This document shows, piece by piece, positions 24,797 to 33,340 of a stretch of 33,392 bases of DNA (within the stretch, counting starts at the first letter, position 1; each line of letters begins with the position of its first letter). The notes beneath the pieces are model-generated. The model was not told the DNA's origin, did no database searches, and saw only the letters and a list, made by a program, of their open reading frames with translations. Origin of the DNA: a virus (taxonomy: Duplodnaviria; Caudoviricetes); the IMG/VR virus record IMGVR_UViG_3300036824_000022, positions 1-33,392 of that record; one strand, 5' to 3'. Made by a program: the position numbers and the translations under genes.

Positions 24797-25296
24797 CCCT
24801 ATACAACTGCCGACACTCTGGGGACCAGTATCGCATCTCTAAGTTCGACGATGATATGAATGTTGAGTCATCCTATCTATGCACCCTCGCAGAGTGTGAT
24901 TGTCCTGCAGGGGTACGACCAACCTGCCGACACAGGCAAATGCTCCCACGCTTTATAGACAGGGAACATGTTGGGGATGAGTGGTTCTTTGACTTTGACA
25001 GGGGCGGATGGGTGCAGATGGGGCAGGAGTGGATTGAGTCTGAGGAACCCTTAGTTGATGTAATGGAGAGTAGCTCAGTGGTAGAGCAAGGGAATCATAA
25101 TCCTTTGGTCGCAGGTTCAATCCCTGCCTCTCCAACCATCACCTTCGTTGAAGTACCACAGTTGCCAGAAGGCGTGACCATGATTGTGATGGATCATCCT
25201 GACAAGGTGGTTGAGGTTCACAATGCTATTGCAGATGCAGTGGGTGAGCCAGAAGCGAAGCTACCTGCAAAACGCTACATGCAAAGGAGGCTCTAA
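24793..25296 (+). CDS. SWIM zinc-finger protein containing an in-frame tRNA sequence
   Basis: Y.C...ECDCPAG..PTCRH matches the SWIM CxCx(n)CxH motif; ends YMQRRL with TAATG coupling. Confidence 0.7.
   Translation: MTLYNCRHSGDQYRISKFDDDMNVESSYLCTLAECDCPAGVRPTCRHRQMLPRFIDREHVGDEWFFDFDRGGWVQMGQEWIESEEPLVDVMESSSVVEQGNHNPLVAGSIPASPTITFVEVPQLPEGVTMIVMDHPDKVVEVHNAIADAVGEPEAKLPAKRYMQRRL
25064..25138 (+). tRNA. tRNA with CAU anticodon (elongator Met or Ile2), CCA encoded
   Basis: Acceptor TGGAGAG/CTCTCCA (7/7), D arm GCTC-AGTGGTA-GAGC, anticodon stem AGGGA/TCCTT with loop ATCATAA, T arm GCAGG-TTCAATC-CCTGC, then A-CCA. Position 32 is A, which is non-canonical. Confidence 0.85.
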
Positions 25297-25430
25297 TGCC
25301 GATACCTAAGGATGGTGGTGAAGCCCATGCCAAAGGCTTCAAGCTTGAGGATAATCCATTCCCTAAGCACACACCCGACCATTCAATGTGGCGTGATGAT
25401 TGGCTCTTTGCAGCTGGGAGGTTTCGATGA
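25296..25430 (+). CDS. Rmf/CrpP-like micro-protein (44 aa)
   Basis: MPIPKDGGEAHAKGFKLEDNPFPKHTPDHSMWRDDWLFAAGRFR fits G..A...G.....NP[FY].......W...W; AGGAGG SD. Confidence 0.55.
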   Translation: MPIPKDGGEAHAKGFKLEDNPFPKHTPDHSMWRDDWLFAAGRFR

Positions 25431-25723
25431 ATGCCACCGTTGCTAAAAGCGCCGCGCCACCACACGCAGTGATGGTCTGGGCGGATGAGCGAAACATCTA
25501 CGCTCAGCTACCTTCGATCAACGGCCCATACGTAGCCTGCTTCCCACGCTCCGAAGGAGGCCTCTCACAATGCCTGCATCACCTTGGCGCGATGCATGTG
25601 GAACACTCCGGCGAAGTCTACACTCGACCCAACTATCCTTCCAAGGAACTTGTGAAACAAGGCCTTACCCAAAACGACCGCGACGTGGCGCATATGGTTC
25701 TGAAGAAGATGGGAGTTATATGA
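25427..25723 (+). CDS. Hypothetical protein
   Basis: MNATVAKS...; GGAGG SD; ATGA coupling. Confidence 0.65.
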   Translation: MNATVAKSAAPPHAVMVWADERNIYAQLPSINGPYVACFPRSEGGLSQCLHHLGAMHVEHSGEVYTRPNYPSKELVKQGLTQNDRDVAHMVLKKMGVI

Positions 25724-25899
25724 TGCCAAGAGTGGCTGAGATAAAGGAAATTAACGGTCAGATTTGGGCAAGGCTTGAGACGGAAAGTGATGAGGGTGTA
25801 GTCACGTTATGGACTCCTACTGAGATCGAGGAACACAGAATAACCAGCGTCAGGGACTTTCTAATAGATCAATTCAACGCATGGAAGGACCGACAATGA
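25720..25899 (+). CDS. Hypothetical protein
   Basis: MMPRVAEIKEING...; coupled at both ends. Confidence 0.6.
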   Translation: MMPRVAEIKEINGQIWARLETESDEGVVTLWTPTEIEEHRITSVRDFLIDQFNAWKDRQ

Positions 25900-26144
25900 C
25901 CCAACGCAGTGATATTATCTCCGACGAACGCCTTCAAGAGCTAATCTACCTTCACAAAGGCCTCTACGGAACTATACGAGGCCTCACCAACAACCCGCAG
26001 GAGTTCATAACCGTCTTATCCATGCTACACCTCACGGTGTGGCTCAATGAAGGTGATGGCTCCGCAGATGAAATGCTTACGATATACTGCGATAACTTCC
26101 GAAAGAACTGTGCTTTGAATGCCGGGATGGAGACGCAGCAATGA
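25896..26144 (+). CDS. Hypothetical protein
   Basis: MTQRSDII...; ATGA coupling. Confidence 0.6.
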   Translation: MTQRSDIISDERLQELIYLHKGLYGTIRGLTNNPQEFITVLSMLHLTVWLNEGDGSADEMLTIYCDNFRKNCALNAGMETQQ

Positions 26145-26605
26145 GTGATCCATACTATGGCGTGTGGCCACAGTTTAACATCTCCGCAGAGGATATTGCT
26201 ATGGCACCTGAGCCAGAACAGAAACCTGAGTGTAACATGAATGAACCTTATCTAATCGCCCACAAGGTCTGTGGCTGCGCCGCGTTTGATATTGCGATAC
26301 AGATGGAGTGTCCTGAGTGCATTGACAAGTCTGATGATTTTAATTGCACCGAATGCGACAATCACTGGGTATGGTGGATCATTCCAACCTCTGGGCACAG
26401 GGCTTATCCTTATTGGTCTATTGAATTAGACGCAATCTACTATGATCATCCATTATATGATCACATAAGATTGCTTGGCGAAAAAAACGTGCCGCCTATG
26501 CCCGAAGTTTGGCCCGATCACTACGCCCACGGCCCAGCCCCGAAGCTTGATATCAAATCCCTCTTCAAGGCTTTGCCTAAGCCAACCATACCAAGGAGAT
26601 TGTGA
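26141..26605 (+). CDS. Hypothetical protein with CxxC...CxxC zinc ribbon
   Basis: CPEC...CTEC; ends IPRRL. Confidence 0.65.
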   Translation: MSDPYYGVWPQFNISAEDIAMAPEPEQKPECNMNEPYLIAHKVCGCAAFDIAIQMECPECIDKSDDFNCTECDNHWVWWIIPTSGHRAYPYWSIELDAIYYDHPLYDHIRLLGEKNVPPMPEVWPDHYAHGPAPKLDIKSLFKALPKPTIPRRL

Positions 26606-26841
26606 TGGTAACTAATTTCTCAACCAAAGGCGGGGTCGTGACCCGCTCTGAAACCTTCGTGAAGCTACTGCATCACCTTGACGAAGCTCGAGACTGCTGC
26701 GCCGTCACAGCCCACCTGCACAAAACCGAAGGCACAAAACAAGACGACGTAATGGCCCTTGGCTGGCTTGCTGTGGCCGAGCTAATGAAACGAATGCGCG
26801 AGAAGGTCGTAGAGCTTGCACAAGGGAAACTGATCAGCTGA
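26605..26841 (+). CDS. Hypothetical helical protein
   Basis: AGGAG SD, TGATG coupling. Confidence 0.65.
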   Translation: MVTNFSTKGGVVTRSETFVKLLHHLDEARDCCAVTAHLHKTEGTKQDDVMALGWLAVAELMKRMREKVVELAQGKLIS

Positions 26842-26852
26842 AAGTGAGAGTC

Positions 26853-28340
26853 ATGCCCAATACGGAAGAACAAGACGCCATCCTAACCTTGGCCAAATCC
26901 TCCAAATCCAACCTCATGATCTCTGCCCTCGCAGGCACAGGCAAAAGCACCACTCTTCTGGCTACAGAACGAGCGACAAAGAAGGAATACAAGACGGCGC
27001 TCTACTTAGTCTTCAACGCCGAGAACGCTGCGAAGATAATGTCCCTTGACCAGCTGAAGAAAGAGAAGAAGCCAATTGACCCGAGGCATTCAGATGACCC
27101 AGCTACACGAGTCTTATCTACAACTACTGCTCGCACGTTTAATAGTTGCGGCCACAGAATATGGGCAGCATCCCAATCCAGAAACCTTTCGGTTGATGGA
27201 AGAAAGACAAACACAATTCTTAAACAAATTATCGACGATGCTCCATGGAACTACCGAGAAACCCTTTGGGGGGTCTACCACGAAGTCATCGCTGGAGTCG
27301 GCCTTGCAAAAGCACTCGGCTACGTTCCAGAAGGTATCTACCCTACCGCCAAGCGATTACTTAATCGATCTCAATTCCACCAAGCCCTAGACGAGCAACC
27401 AGATGACCTCACCGCCGATCTCATCGACACCGTCCTTCAACGTTCAATCAAGCAGGCATACGAAGGACACATCGATTTTAACGATCAGGTATACATGCCC
27501 GCACTGTTCGGTGGATCATACCCTCAGTTTCCGTTGGTCCTTGTTGACGAATACCAAGACCTCTCCCCCGTCAATCACGCCTTACTCTCCAAACTCGTGC
27601 GTGGACGGCTCATTGGCGTCGGCGATCCTTGGCAGAATATTTACGGATTCCGAGGGGCTAAAGCTGGAGGGATTAAGGAAGCGACGGAGACTTACCAATG
27701 CGAGGGATTGCCTCTGAGCATCAGCTTCCGCTGTCCCTCCGCTATCGTTAAGAATGTCCATTGGCGTGTGCCACACTTCCGCTGGTTCACCGAAGGAGGC
27801 CACGTTGAGAAGCCCAATCGTTTTGCAGTTGATGACTTTGCTGACGATAGCACTATCATCTGCCGTAATAATGCTCCTCTCATATCATGTGGATTTCGTC
27901 TGCTTGCTTCTGGCAGGAGTATCTCTATTGCTGGGAGTGATATTGGTCCTAGGCTTATCGGAATAATGAAGAAGCTAGGGCCTGAAACGCTCGGCCAAGC
28001 TGGGGTCCTAGACTCAATCGCCGAATGGGAAGCGGATAAGCTTGAGAAGGAATCAACCACTGCCTCAGACATGGCCGAGTGCATGCGCATTTTTGCGAAG
28101 CAAGGGAAGAACCTTAGCGGCGCTATGGCTTACGCAAAGCATATCTTTGAGCAGCAAGGCTCGATCCTTCTTACCACCGGACATAAGGCCAAAGGCCTGG
28201 AGTGGCCCAACGTGGTCCACTTGGACCCTTACCTTGTCCGCAAGCAACCTTCGGAACAAAACCAAAACCTTGATTATGTCATATCAACCCGAAGCAGCGA
28301 TAGGCTGACTGAAATAGACTCCGAGCAAATTGAATGGTAA
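26853..28340 (+). CDS. UvrD/Rep-like superfamily 1 DNA helicase
   Basis: ALAGTGKST, LVDEYQD, GDPWQNIYGFRGA, SFRCP, CRNNAPL, TGHKAKGLEW and YVISTR motifs. Confidence 0.92.
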   Translation: MPNTEEQDAILTLAKSSKSNLMISALAGTGKSTTLLATERATKKEYKTALYLVFNAENAAKIMSLDQLKKEKKPIDPRHSDDPATRVLSTTTARTFNSCGHRIWAASQSRNLSVDGRKTNTILKQIIDDAPWNYRETLWGVYHEVIAGVGLAKALGYVPEGIYPTAKRLLNRSQFHQALDEQPDDLTADLIDTVLQRSIKQAYEGHIDFNDQVYMPALFGGSYPQFPLVLVDEYQDLSPVNHALLSKLVRGRLIGVGDPWQNIYGFRGAKAGGIKEATETYQCEGLPLSISFRCPSAIVKNVHWRVPHFRWFTEGGHVEKPNRFAVDDFADDSTIICRNNAPLISCGFRLLASGRSISIAGSDIGPRLIGIMKKLGPETLGQAGVLDSIAEWEADKLEKESTTASDMAECMRIFAKQGKNLSGAMAYAKHIFEQQGSILLTTGHKAKGLEWPNVVHLDPYLVRKQPSEQNQNLDYVISTRSSDRLTEIDSEQIEW

Positions 28341-28352
28341 AGGAACGCTAAA

Positions 28353-28691
28353 ATGCCAATGCCAACGTCACTACAGTCCTACGGTGACTGTCTAGATTTC
28401 GTCGAAAAGGTCGTTGATGACCCTTTGGGAGGGAGGGTTTGTCTCGGCACCTTTGCAGACGCAAGCTACTTCCGGTTGCGGTGTAACCGAGCCCGGCAAC
28501 TCCATCGTGAGGAGAATAAAAAAATTCACGAGAAAGACATGCCTCTCTACGGTGCGAGTGAATACGACCCTATGCAGCTGAAGCTCAAAGAAGATACCGA
28601 GGGCAGGTGGTGGGTTTACGCCATTCGCACCCAGCTGAACCCGAGTGATGTAGAACTCTTGAGTGAGATGGAAAATGGCGACGAAGGCTGA
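28353..28691 (+). CDS. Hypothetical protein
   Basis: 112 aa with AAGGA SD. Confidence 0.65.
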   Translation: MPMPTSLQSYGDCLDFVEKVVDDPLGGRVCLGTFADASYFRLRCNRARQLHREENKKIHEKDMPLYGASEYDPMQLKLKEDTEGRWWVYAIRTQLNPSDVELLSEMENGDEG

Positions 28692-28905
28692 TCCACTCTC
28701 ATATCGAAACTTCTGGGAAGAGGCTCAAGACCAAGAGTTCGGCATCCGGGTTGAGTGTGCAAGCGAGGATGATAAACGGTTGCTTGTTAACGCTCTCTAT
28801 GAGTGCCGCAAGGTCCTTGGCATGTATGAAGAGCTGAGTATCTTCCAGCCCCACCCCTCCAACACCTTCTACATCTGCAAACGAGCACTAAAGGAAATGC
28901 CATGA
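28675..28905 (+). CDS. Hypothetical protein
   Basis: MATKADPLSY..., overlapping the upstream stop; ATGA-coupled to the next ORF. Confidence 0.6.
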   Translation: MATKADPLSYRNFWEEAQDQEFGIRVECASEDDKRLLVNALYECRKVLGMYEELSIFQPHPSNTFYICKRALKEMP

Positions 28906-29075
28906 CAGATCGATTAATCGACATCGCTGCCAAGATCAGAGTCGAGACCGACAAAGCTTGGAAGATATACGACGGAAGCAAAACTGAATGGGTGCCCAAG
29001 TCTCAAGTCGAGCGTAACGACGACGGCACCTTCACCATGCCTGAATGGCTTGCTTTGGAAAAGGGGTTTATTTGA
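28902..29075 (+). CDS. Conserved small phage protein (57 aa)
   Basis: Hand-translated MTDRLIDIAAKIRVETDKAWKIYDGSKTEWVPKSQVERNDDGTFTMPEWLALEKGFI; ETxKA...W.PKSQ...MPEWLA.EKG is a recurrent phage family pattern. Confidence 0.75.
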   Translation: MTDRLIDIAAKIRVETDKAWKIYDGSKTEWVPKSQVERNDDGTFTMPEWLALEKGFI

Positions 29076-29356
29076 TGAGCGATACCGATCCAGCATTCGA
29101 CTTGAACGAACTCATGAGCCGTTCTAGGGAAGAGTTATTGATCTTGCCTAGAGAGGACTTGGACAGAATAATTGCCCACCAGCGTAAGTATCGTATGCAG
29201 CGTGAAGCTGGCGGGAAGGCTAAGAAGGTCACAGGCGAAGCCCCAGCGGTGGATATCAAGGCGCTCATGTCACAGATACAGAAGCCTTCAGCAGTGAAGT
29301 TGCCTGAGAATAAACCAAAGCCACTTGCAAAGGGTGGATTCGTAAGGAGGTTTTGA
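29075..29356 (+). CDS. Hypothetical protein
   Basis: MSDTDPAFDL...; TGATG coupling; K/P-rich tail ending FVRRF. Confidence 0.65.
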   Translation: MSDTDPAFDLNELMSRSREELLILPREDLDRIIAHQRKYRMQREAGGKAKKVTGEAPAVDIKALMSQIQKPSAVKLPENKPKPLAKGGFVRRF

Positions 29357-29529
29357 TGCCAAGACTTCATATAATCTATGACCCCAAGGACATGATCGTG
29401 CCTCCACCAAACGACTTGTTCGAACGCACAGGCATGAAAATTGCGGTGTTATCGGTCGCAGATATGGACAAACAAGATATCTACAACCTCGCCCGTAAGC
29501 TTGCCGAGATGTTATTGGAGCAACTATGA
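29356..29529 (+). CDS. Hypothetical protein (57 aa)
   Basis: MPRLHIIYDPKD...LLEQL; AGGAGG SD; fills the gap exactly with overlaps at both ends. Confidence 0.65.
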   Translation: MPRLHIIYDPKDMIVPPPNDLFERTGMKIAVLSVADMDKQDIYNLARKLAEMLLEQL

Positions 29530-30485
29530 TCGAAGAGAGCCATGCCCCATCTCCGTTCATCCCAGGAACCTTCATCCAATTCGCTTGGGACTCCACATCC
29601 CTTGGCTATCTCAAAACCTGCCCCCGCCTCTACTACTACCACATGATCTGCGGCTACATCGCCAAGGACGAGTCCGTTCACCTTCGTTTCGGCGGAGAAT
29701 ACCATGCCGCGATCCAAGACTTCGAGAACCTCCGCGCCGATGGTCTTACGTTCGAAGATGCTTTGCGGGAAACTATCCGGCAGCTACTTATCCGTATCAA
29801 GGATTGGGACCCTGACGTCACGACTAAGGCTGGTTCGTATAAGAACCCGACTACGCTCCTTCAACTCGTGGTGGATTATTTCGATAACTATCGTACAGAC
29901 GCCGCGAAAACCGTCATCTTGGAGAATGGGCGTCCCGCCGTTGAAATGACCTTTAAGTTTCAGCTGGACTTCAGTCCGGTGGGGCATCCTGAGCAGCAAT
30001 ATCTTCTATGTGGCCATCTCGATCGAGTCGTGGACATAAATGATAATATTTTTGTCATCGACCACAAAACCACAACCTCCACCCTCGGTGATTACTGGTT
30101 CAAAGGCTTTGCCCCAAACAATCAAATGACCCTCTACACCTTCGCCGGGAAGGTGGTGATGGATATGGAGATCAAAGGGGTTTGTATTGAAGGGGCACAG
30201 ATTGGGTTGGAAAAGTTCACCACCAAGTTTGCACGGGGGTTTACCTATCGTAGTGATGATCTGATCGATGAGTGGCTCAACGATCTCGAATACCATCTTA
30301 ACGCCGCCGAGGCCTTCGCTGAAGCTCAGCATTGGCCCATGAACGACACAGCTTGTGATAAGTTCGGTGGGTGTCGGTTTAGGGACGTGTGTGCCAAGAA
30401 CCCAAGTGTGAGAGAGCACTATCTGAAGAGTGATTTCACTCAACTCCCAGCCGAAGAACGCTGGAACCCCTTAAGGAGCCGTTGA
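29526..30485 (+). CDS. PD-(D/E)XK exonuclease (Cas4/AddB-like, four-Cys)
   Basis: CPRLYY, FGGEYH, AVE, GHLDRV, VIDHKTT, QMTLY and C-terminal C..FGGC.F..VC. Confidence 0.88.
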   Translation: MIEESHAPSPFIPGTFIQFAWDSTSLGYLKTCPRLYYYHMICGYIAKDESVHLRFGGEYHAAIQDFENLRADGLTFEDALRETIRQLLIRIKDWDPDVTTKAGSYKNPTTLLQLVVDYFDNYRTDAAKTVILENGRPAVEMTFKFQLDFSPVGHPEQQYLLCGHLDRVVDINDNIFVIDHKTTTSTLGDYWFKGFAPNNQMTLYTFAGKVVMDMEIKGVCIEGAQIGLEKFTTKFARGFTYRSDDLIDEWLNDLEYHLNAAEAFAEAQHWPMNDTACDKFGGCRFRDVCAKNPSVREHYLKSDFTQLPAEERWNPLRSR

Positions 30486-30697
30486 TGCCAAAACAAACCA
30501 GAGTAATCTTCCCTCTTCTCAAGGCCCCAATCACAGAGATCATGCCGCACTATGTGAAGATACATATCGGGGCGCAATATGGAGCGCCAACCACTATCAC
30601 TATCAAGTGCCAAACAGATATGTACGACCTGCGTGATGGAGACATGCTTACTATCTACACGGAAGTGCTGTTGAAAGAACCAAAAGGAGCCAGCTGA
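30485..30697 (+). CDS. Hypothetical protein
   Basis: AGGAG SD; TGATG on both sides. Confidence 0.6.
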   Translation: MPKQTRVIFPLLKAPITEIMPHYVKIHIGAQYGAPTTITIKCQTDMYDLRDGDMLTIYTEVLLKEPKGAS

Positions 30698-31116
30698 TGC
30701 CCAAGCCAACGATCTGTATCGACTTCGACGGAGTCATCCATTCTTACGAAAAAGGTTGGTGCAATGGAAACATCTATGGCACAGTAACGCCTGGATTCTT
30801 TGAGTGGGCCAGCGTGATGAGAAAGCACTTCCTGCTGGTGATCTATTCTTCCCGCAGCAAGGATGTGGATATGAAAGCAGCCATGTGGCATTGGCTCAAG
30901 AATCAATGGGGCCAGTGGGCTCATGGAAGTGGGCGCCCCTTCAATCATGAAGTGGACGTGAGCTATGCCGACTTCGAGTTCGCTTCTGAAAAGCCCCCCG
31001 CGTTCATGACCATCGACGACCGTGCTATCTGCTTCGACGGCGACTGGTCCAAGATCACACCAGAGTCGATCTTTAACTTCAAGCCATGGAACATCAAAAA
31101 TGCCAAGTCTAGCTGA
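30697..31116 (+). CDS. HAD-superfamily phosphatase/nucleotidase
   Basis: ICIDFDGVIH (motif I), IYSSR (II), KPPA (III) and IDDRA (IV). Confidence 0.85.
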   Translation: MPKPTICIDFDGVIHSYEKGWCNGNIYGTVTPGFFEWASVMRKHFLLVIYSSRSKDVDMKAAMWHWLKNQWGQWAHGSGRPFNHEVDVSYADFEFASEKPPAFMTIDDRAICFDGDWSKITPESIFNFKPWNIKNAKSS

Positions 31117-31981
31117 CCACAAATCCAACTCTTTGGTTAAGGTCCTCTATTTAGGAGACGCAAAAAGTGGCAAGACAACCTCACTGGTATCGCTTGTCCG
31201 TGCTGGCTATCAGCTTCGCATTTTGGATATGGATAATCTACTTGATTCTCTAAAGTATGCTGTCCAGCAGGAATGCCCTGACAAGCTTGGCAACGTAGAG
31301 TTTCGTACCCTACGGGATAAATACAAAGCCGGACCTTTGGGCCCAGCCATTGATGGTACCGCCATGGCCTTCATCAATGCCATGAAGATGATGGATAACT
31401 GGAAGTACCAAGACGGCGACGCCTTAGTTGAGTTTGGGCCACCTAAGTCTTGGGGCCCAGATTGTATCCTAGTTTTAGACTCACTCTCACGTCTCTGCGA
31501 CGCTGCCTATGACTACCACGCACAGATGATAAAACCAGGAAAAAGTGGTGAAGTGGATGGGCGAGCCATCTATGGTCAATCACAAGACGCTATAGAGATG
31601 GTCCTTGCCAACCTTACTTCATCTACCTTCGAGACAAACGTTATAGTCATCTGTCATGGCATGTATATGGAATTGCCTGACGGGCAGAAGATATTTCCGC
31701 AGGGAGTAGGGCAGAAGCTCTCACCAAAGATACCTCAATACTTCCCTGTCTATATCCGCTTACGCAACATGGCTGGGAAGCGAACGCTACAGCTTGAAAG
31801 CGACTCCATGATCGACTTGGCAATGCCTAAGATGAAGGCCTTTGAGACAAAGACCCTTCCTGCTGAAACGGGCCTTGCCACGATCTTTGAAACACTACGG
31901 GCCCAACCCGTGGTTAAGCCACAGCCAGCCGCACCTGTGGTAGCACGACCCAAAGCGGTAGTTTTGCAAAGGAGAGTTTGA
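31100..31981 (+). CDS. AAA-type ATPase (Sak4/RecA-like recombinase candidate)
   Basis: GDAKSGKTT, ILDMDN, LVLDSLS and VIVICH; sits between an exonuclease and an SSB-like gene. Confidence 0.8.
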   Translation: MPSLADHKSNSLVKVLYLGDAKSGKTTSLVSLVRAGYQLRILDMDNLLDSLKYAVQQECPDKLGNVEFRTLRDKYKAGPLGPAIDGTAMAFINAMKMMDNWKYQDGDALVEFGPPKSWGPDCILVLDSLSRLCDAAYDYHAQMIKPGKSGEVDGRAIYGQSQDAIEMVLANLTSSTFETNVIVICHGMYMELPDGQKIFPQGVGQKLSPKIPQYFPVYIRLRNMAGKRTLQLESDSMIDLAMPKMKAFETKTLPAETGLATIFETLRAQPVVKPQPAAPVVARPKAVVLQRRV

Positions 31982-32226
31982 TGCCTGAAGAGAGACCTCA
32001 GACGTTTGGTGAAAAAGCCGTAGGATTGTCTTTCAACCCATCCGGCATGGGTGATGTCCATACCTTGAAAATGCTCTATGCCCAAATCATCGACCACATG
32101 GATGACTTCCGCAAAGGCTATATCAAGAGAGGTGATAATCCTGAGATGGTTCGGCTCTGTTCCATTGCTATAACCGAAGCTCAAACTGCTCAAATGTGGG
32201 CTGTGAAAGCGGTTACTTGGCGATGA
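31981..32226 (+). CDS. Acb2/Tad1-like helical-hairpin protein (candidate anti-defence sponge)
   Basis: TFGEKAVGLSFNPSG...K...A.IID...RL.SIAITEAQTAQMWAVKAVTW pattern. Confidence 0.6.
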   Translation: MPEERPQTFGEKAVGLSFNPSGMGDVHTLKMLYAQIIDHMDDFRKGYIKRGDNPEMVRLCSIAITEAQTAQMWAVKAVTWR

Positions 32227-32450
32227 GTGATGCCACACTCAGAATCAAAAACCTATCCATCGCTCTTGAGGCGCTATCTCGCGTCAATCGTGGATATGCC
32301 TCAACAGACCTTGCCACACGGCTTGAGGAACTCCTCAACCGTGAAATCAAAGAAGAGGAGAAACACCAAGGCCAACAAGCCTGGCCAGCTAAGTCTATTC
32401 GAGACATGCTCGACGACAACACCTCCTTCTCACCTCATACGAAAGCGTGA
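32223..32450 (+). CDS. Hypothetical protein
   Basis: MSDATLRIKNL...; ATGA-coupled. Confidence 0.5.
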   Translation: MSDATLRIKNLSIALEALSRVNRGYASTDLATRLEELLNREIKEEEKHQGQQAWPAKSIRDMLDDNTSFSPHTKA

Positions 32451-32457
32451 TCAAACC

Positions 32458-32904
32458 ATGACCAAATTCGAAGACATCCTGAACATGAACTCTGACGACA
32501 TCAAGCCCCCGGCAGTCTTGCCGATGGGCTCTTACCATACCGTCATCATTGGCCTTCCTGAACAGGGACAGTCCAGCAAGAAGAAAACCGACTTCCTCAA
32601 ATTCCAGCACAAGATCGTAGCGCCGATGGATGATGTCGATCCTGACGCCCTCACGGAATTTCAGGCTGATGGTGAAAGCATCTCCGGTCAGATGATCGAC
32701 AACACCTTCTACATCACGCCTAAGTCGGCGAACATGTTGAAGGAGTTTATGGTCAACTGTGGAGTGGACATGGCTGGCAAGAGCATGGCCGAGGCTCTCG
32801 AAGAACTACCGAACCGTGAGGTAGGTATTAACATCAAACACGAAGCCAGCGAAGACGGCAAGCGTGTGTTCTCGAGGGTAGGGTCCACCTTCCGCATAGA
32901 CTAA
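32458..32904 (+). CDS. SSB-like OB-fold protein (DUF669-like)
   Basis: PAVLPMGSY..VI...SKKK...F...I...TFYIT...LKEF..CG...IKHE pattern and context next to the ATPase. Confidence 0.6.
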   Translation: MTKFEDILNMNSDDIKPPAVLPMGSYHTVIIGLPEQGQSSKKKTDFLKFQHKIVAPMDDVDPDALTEFQADGESISGQMIDNTFYITPKSANMLKEFMVNCGVDMAGKSMAEALEELPNREVGINIKHEASEDGKRVFSRVGSTFRID

Positions 32905-32943
32905 TCCCCGCTCACCCCCGTTGTGTTATCCTCGGGGGCAACT

Positions 32944-32978
32944 ACCGAGGGCGCCGCAAATGGGCCCTCGGTTTCTTT
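32944..32978 (+). terminator. Rho-independent terminator
   Basis: ACCGAGGGC-gccgcaaatgg-GCCCTCGGT followed by TTCTTT. Confidence 0.75.
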
Positions 32979-32995
32979 CCCAAAGGAGAAAGCAG

Positions 32996-33340
32996 ATGCA
33001 GATGAAACCATTTGTCGTACCAGAAGAGTTGAAGGCACTTGCAGATGACTCTATCGAGAAAGGGGTCATTGATACCTATGCATCGAAACCTGTCCGAGAT
33101 AAAATCCTCACCACGCGACAGGCCACCCATGGAGATTTTGTCAAGGTCGCGGAGTATGCTCAACACCTTAAGACAGTGTTCCGGCACCACGACGGCTTTG
33201 GGAACCTCACTGCGGTACAGCGCGAGAGCATTGATCTTATGTGTACGAAGTTCGCCCGCATTCTCTGCGGCAACCCCGACCACAAAGATCACTGGGATGA
33301 CCTTGCTGGGTATGCAAAGCTGGTGGCGGAGACTTTGTGA
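32996..33340 (+). CDS. DUF6378-like phage protein
   Basis: IL..R...HGDF...ESIDL...KFARILCGNPDHKDHWDDLAGYA.L; AAGGAG SD. Confidence 0.75.
   Translation: MQMKPFVVPEELKALADDSIEKGVIDTYASKPVRDKILTTRQATHGDFVKVAEYAQHLKTVFRHHDGFGNLTAVQRESIDLMCTKFARILCGNPDHKDHWDDLAGYAKLVAETL

Noticed and set aside
25064-25138. tRNA as prophage attachment site or host boundary
   Set aside because: Phage-like coupled genes continue on both sides; no duplicate 3' fragment or integrase in the window.
29526-30485. Cas4-like nuclease as sign of a CRISPR system
   Set aside because: No repeat-spacer array or other cas genes seen; context (ATPase, SSB) is a standard phage recombination module.
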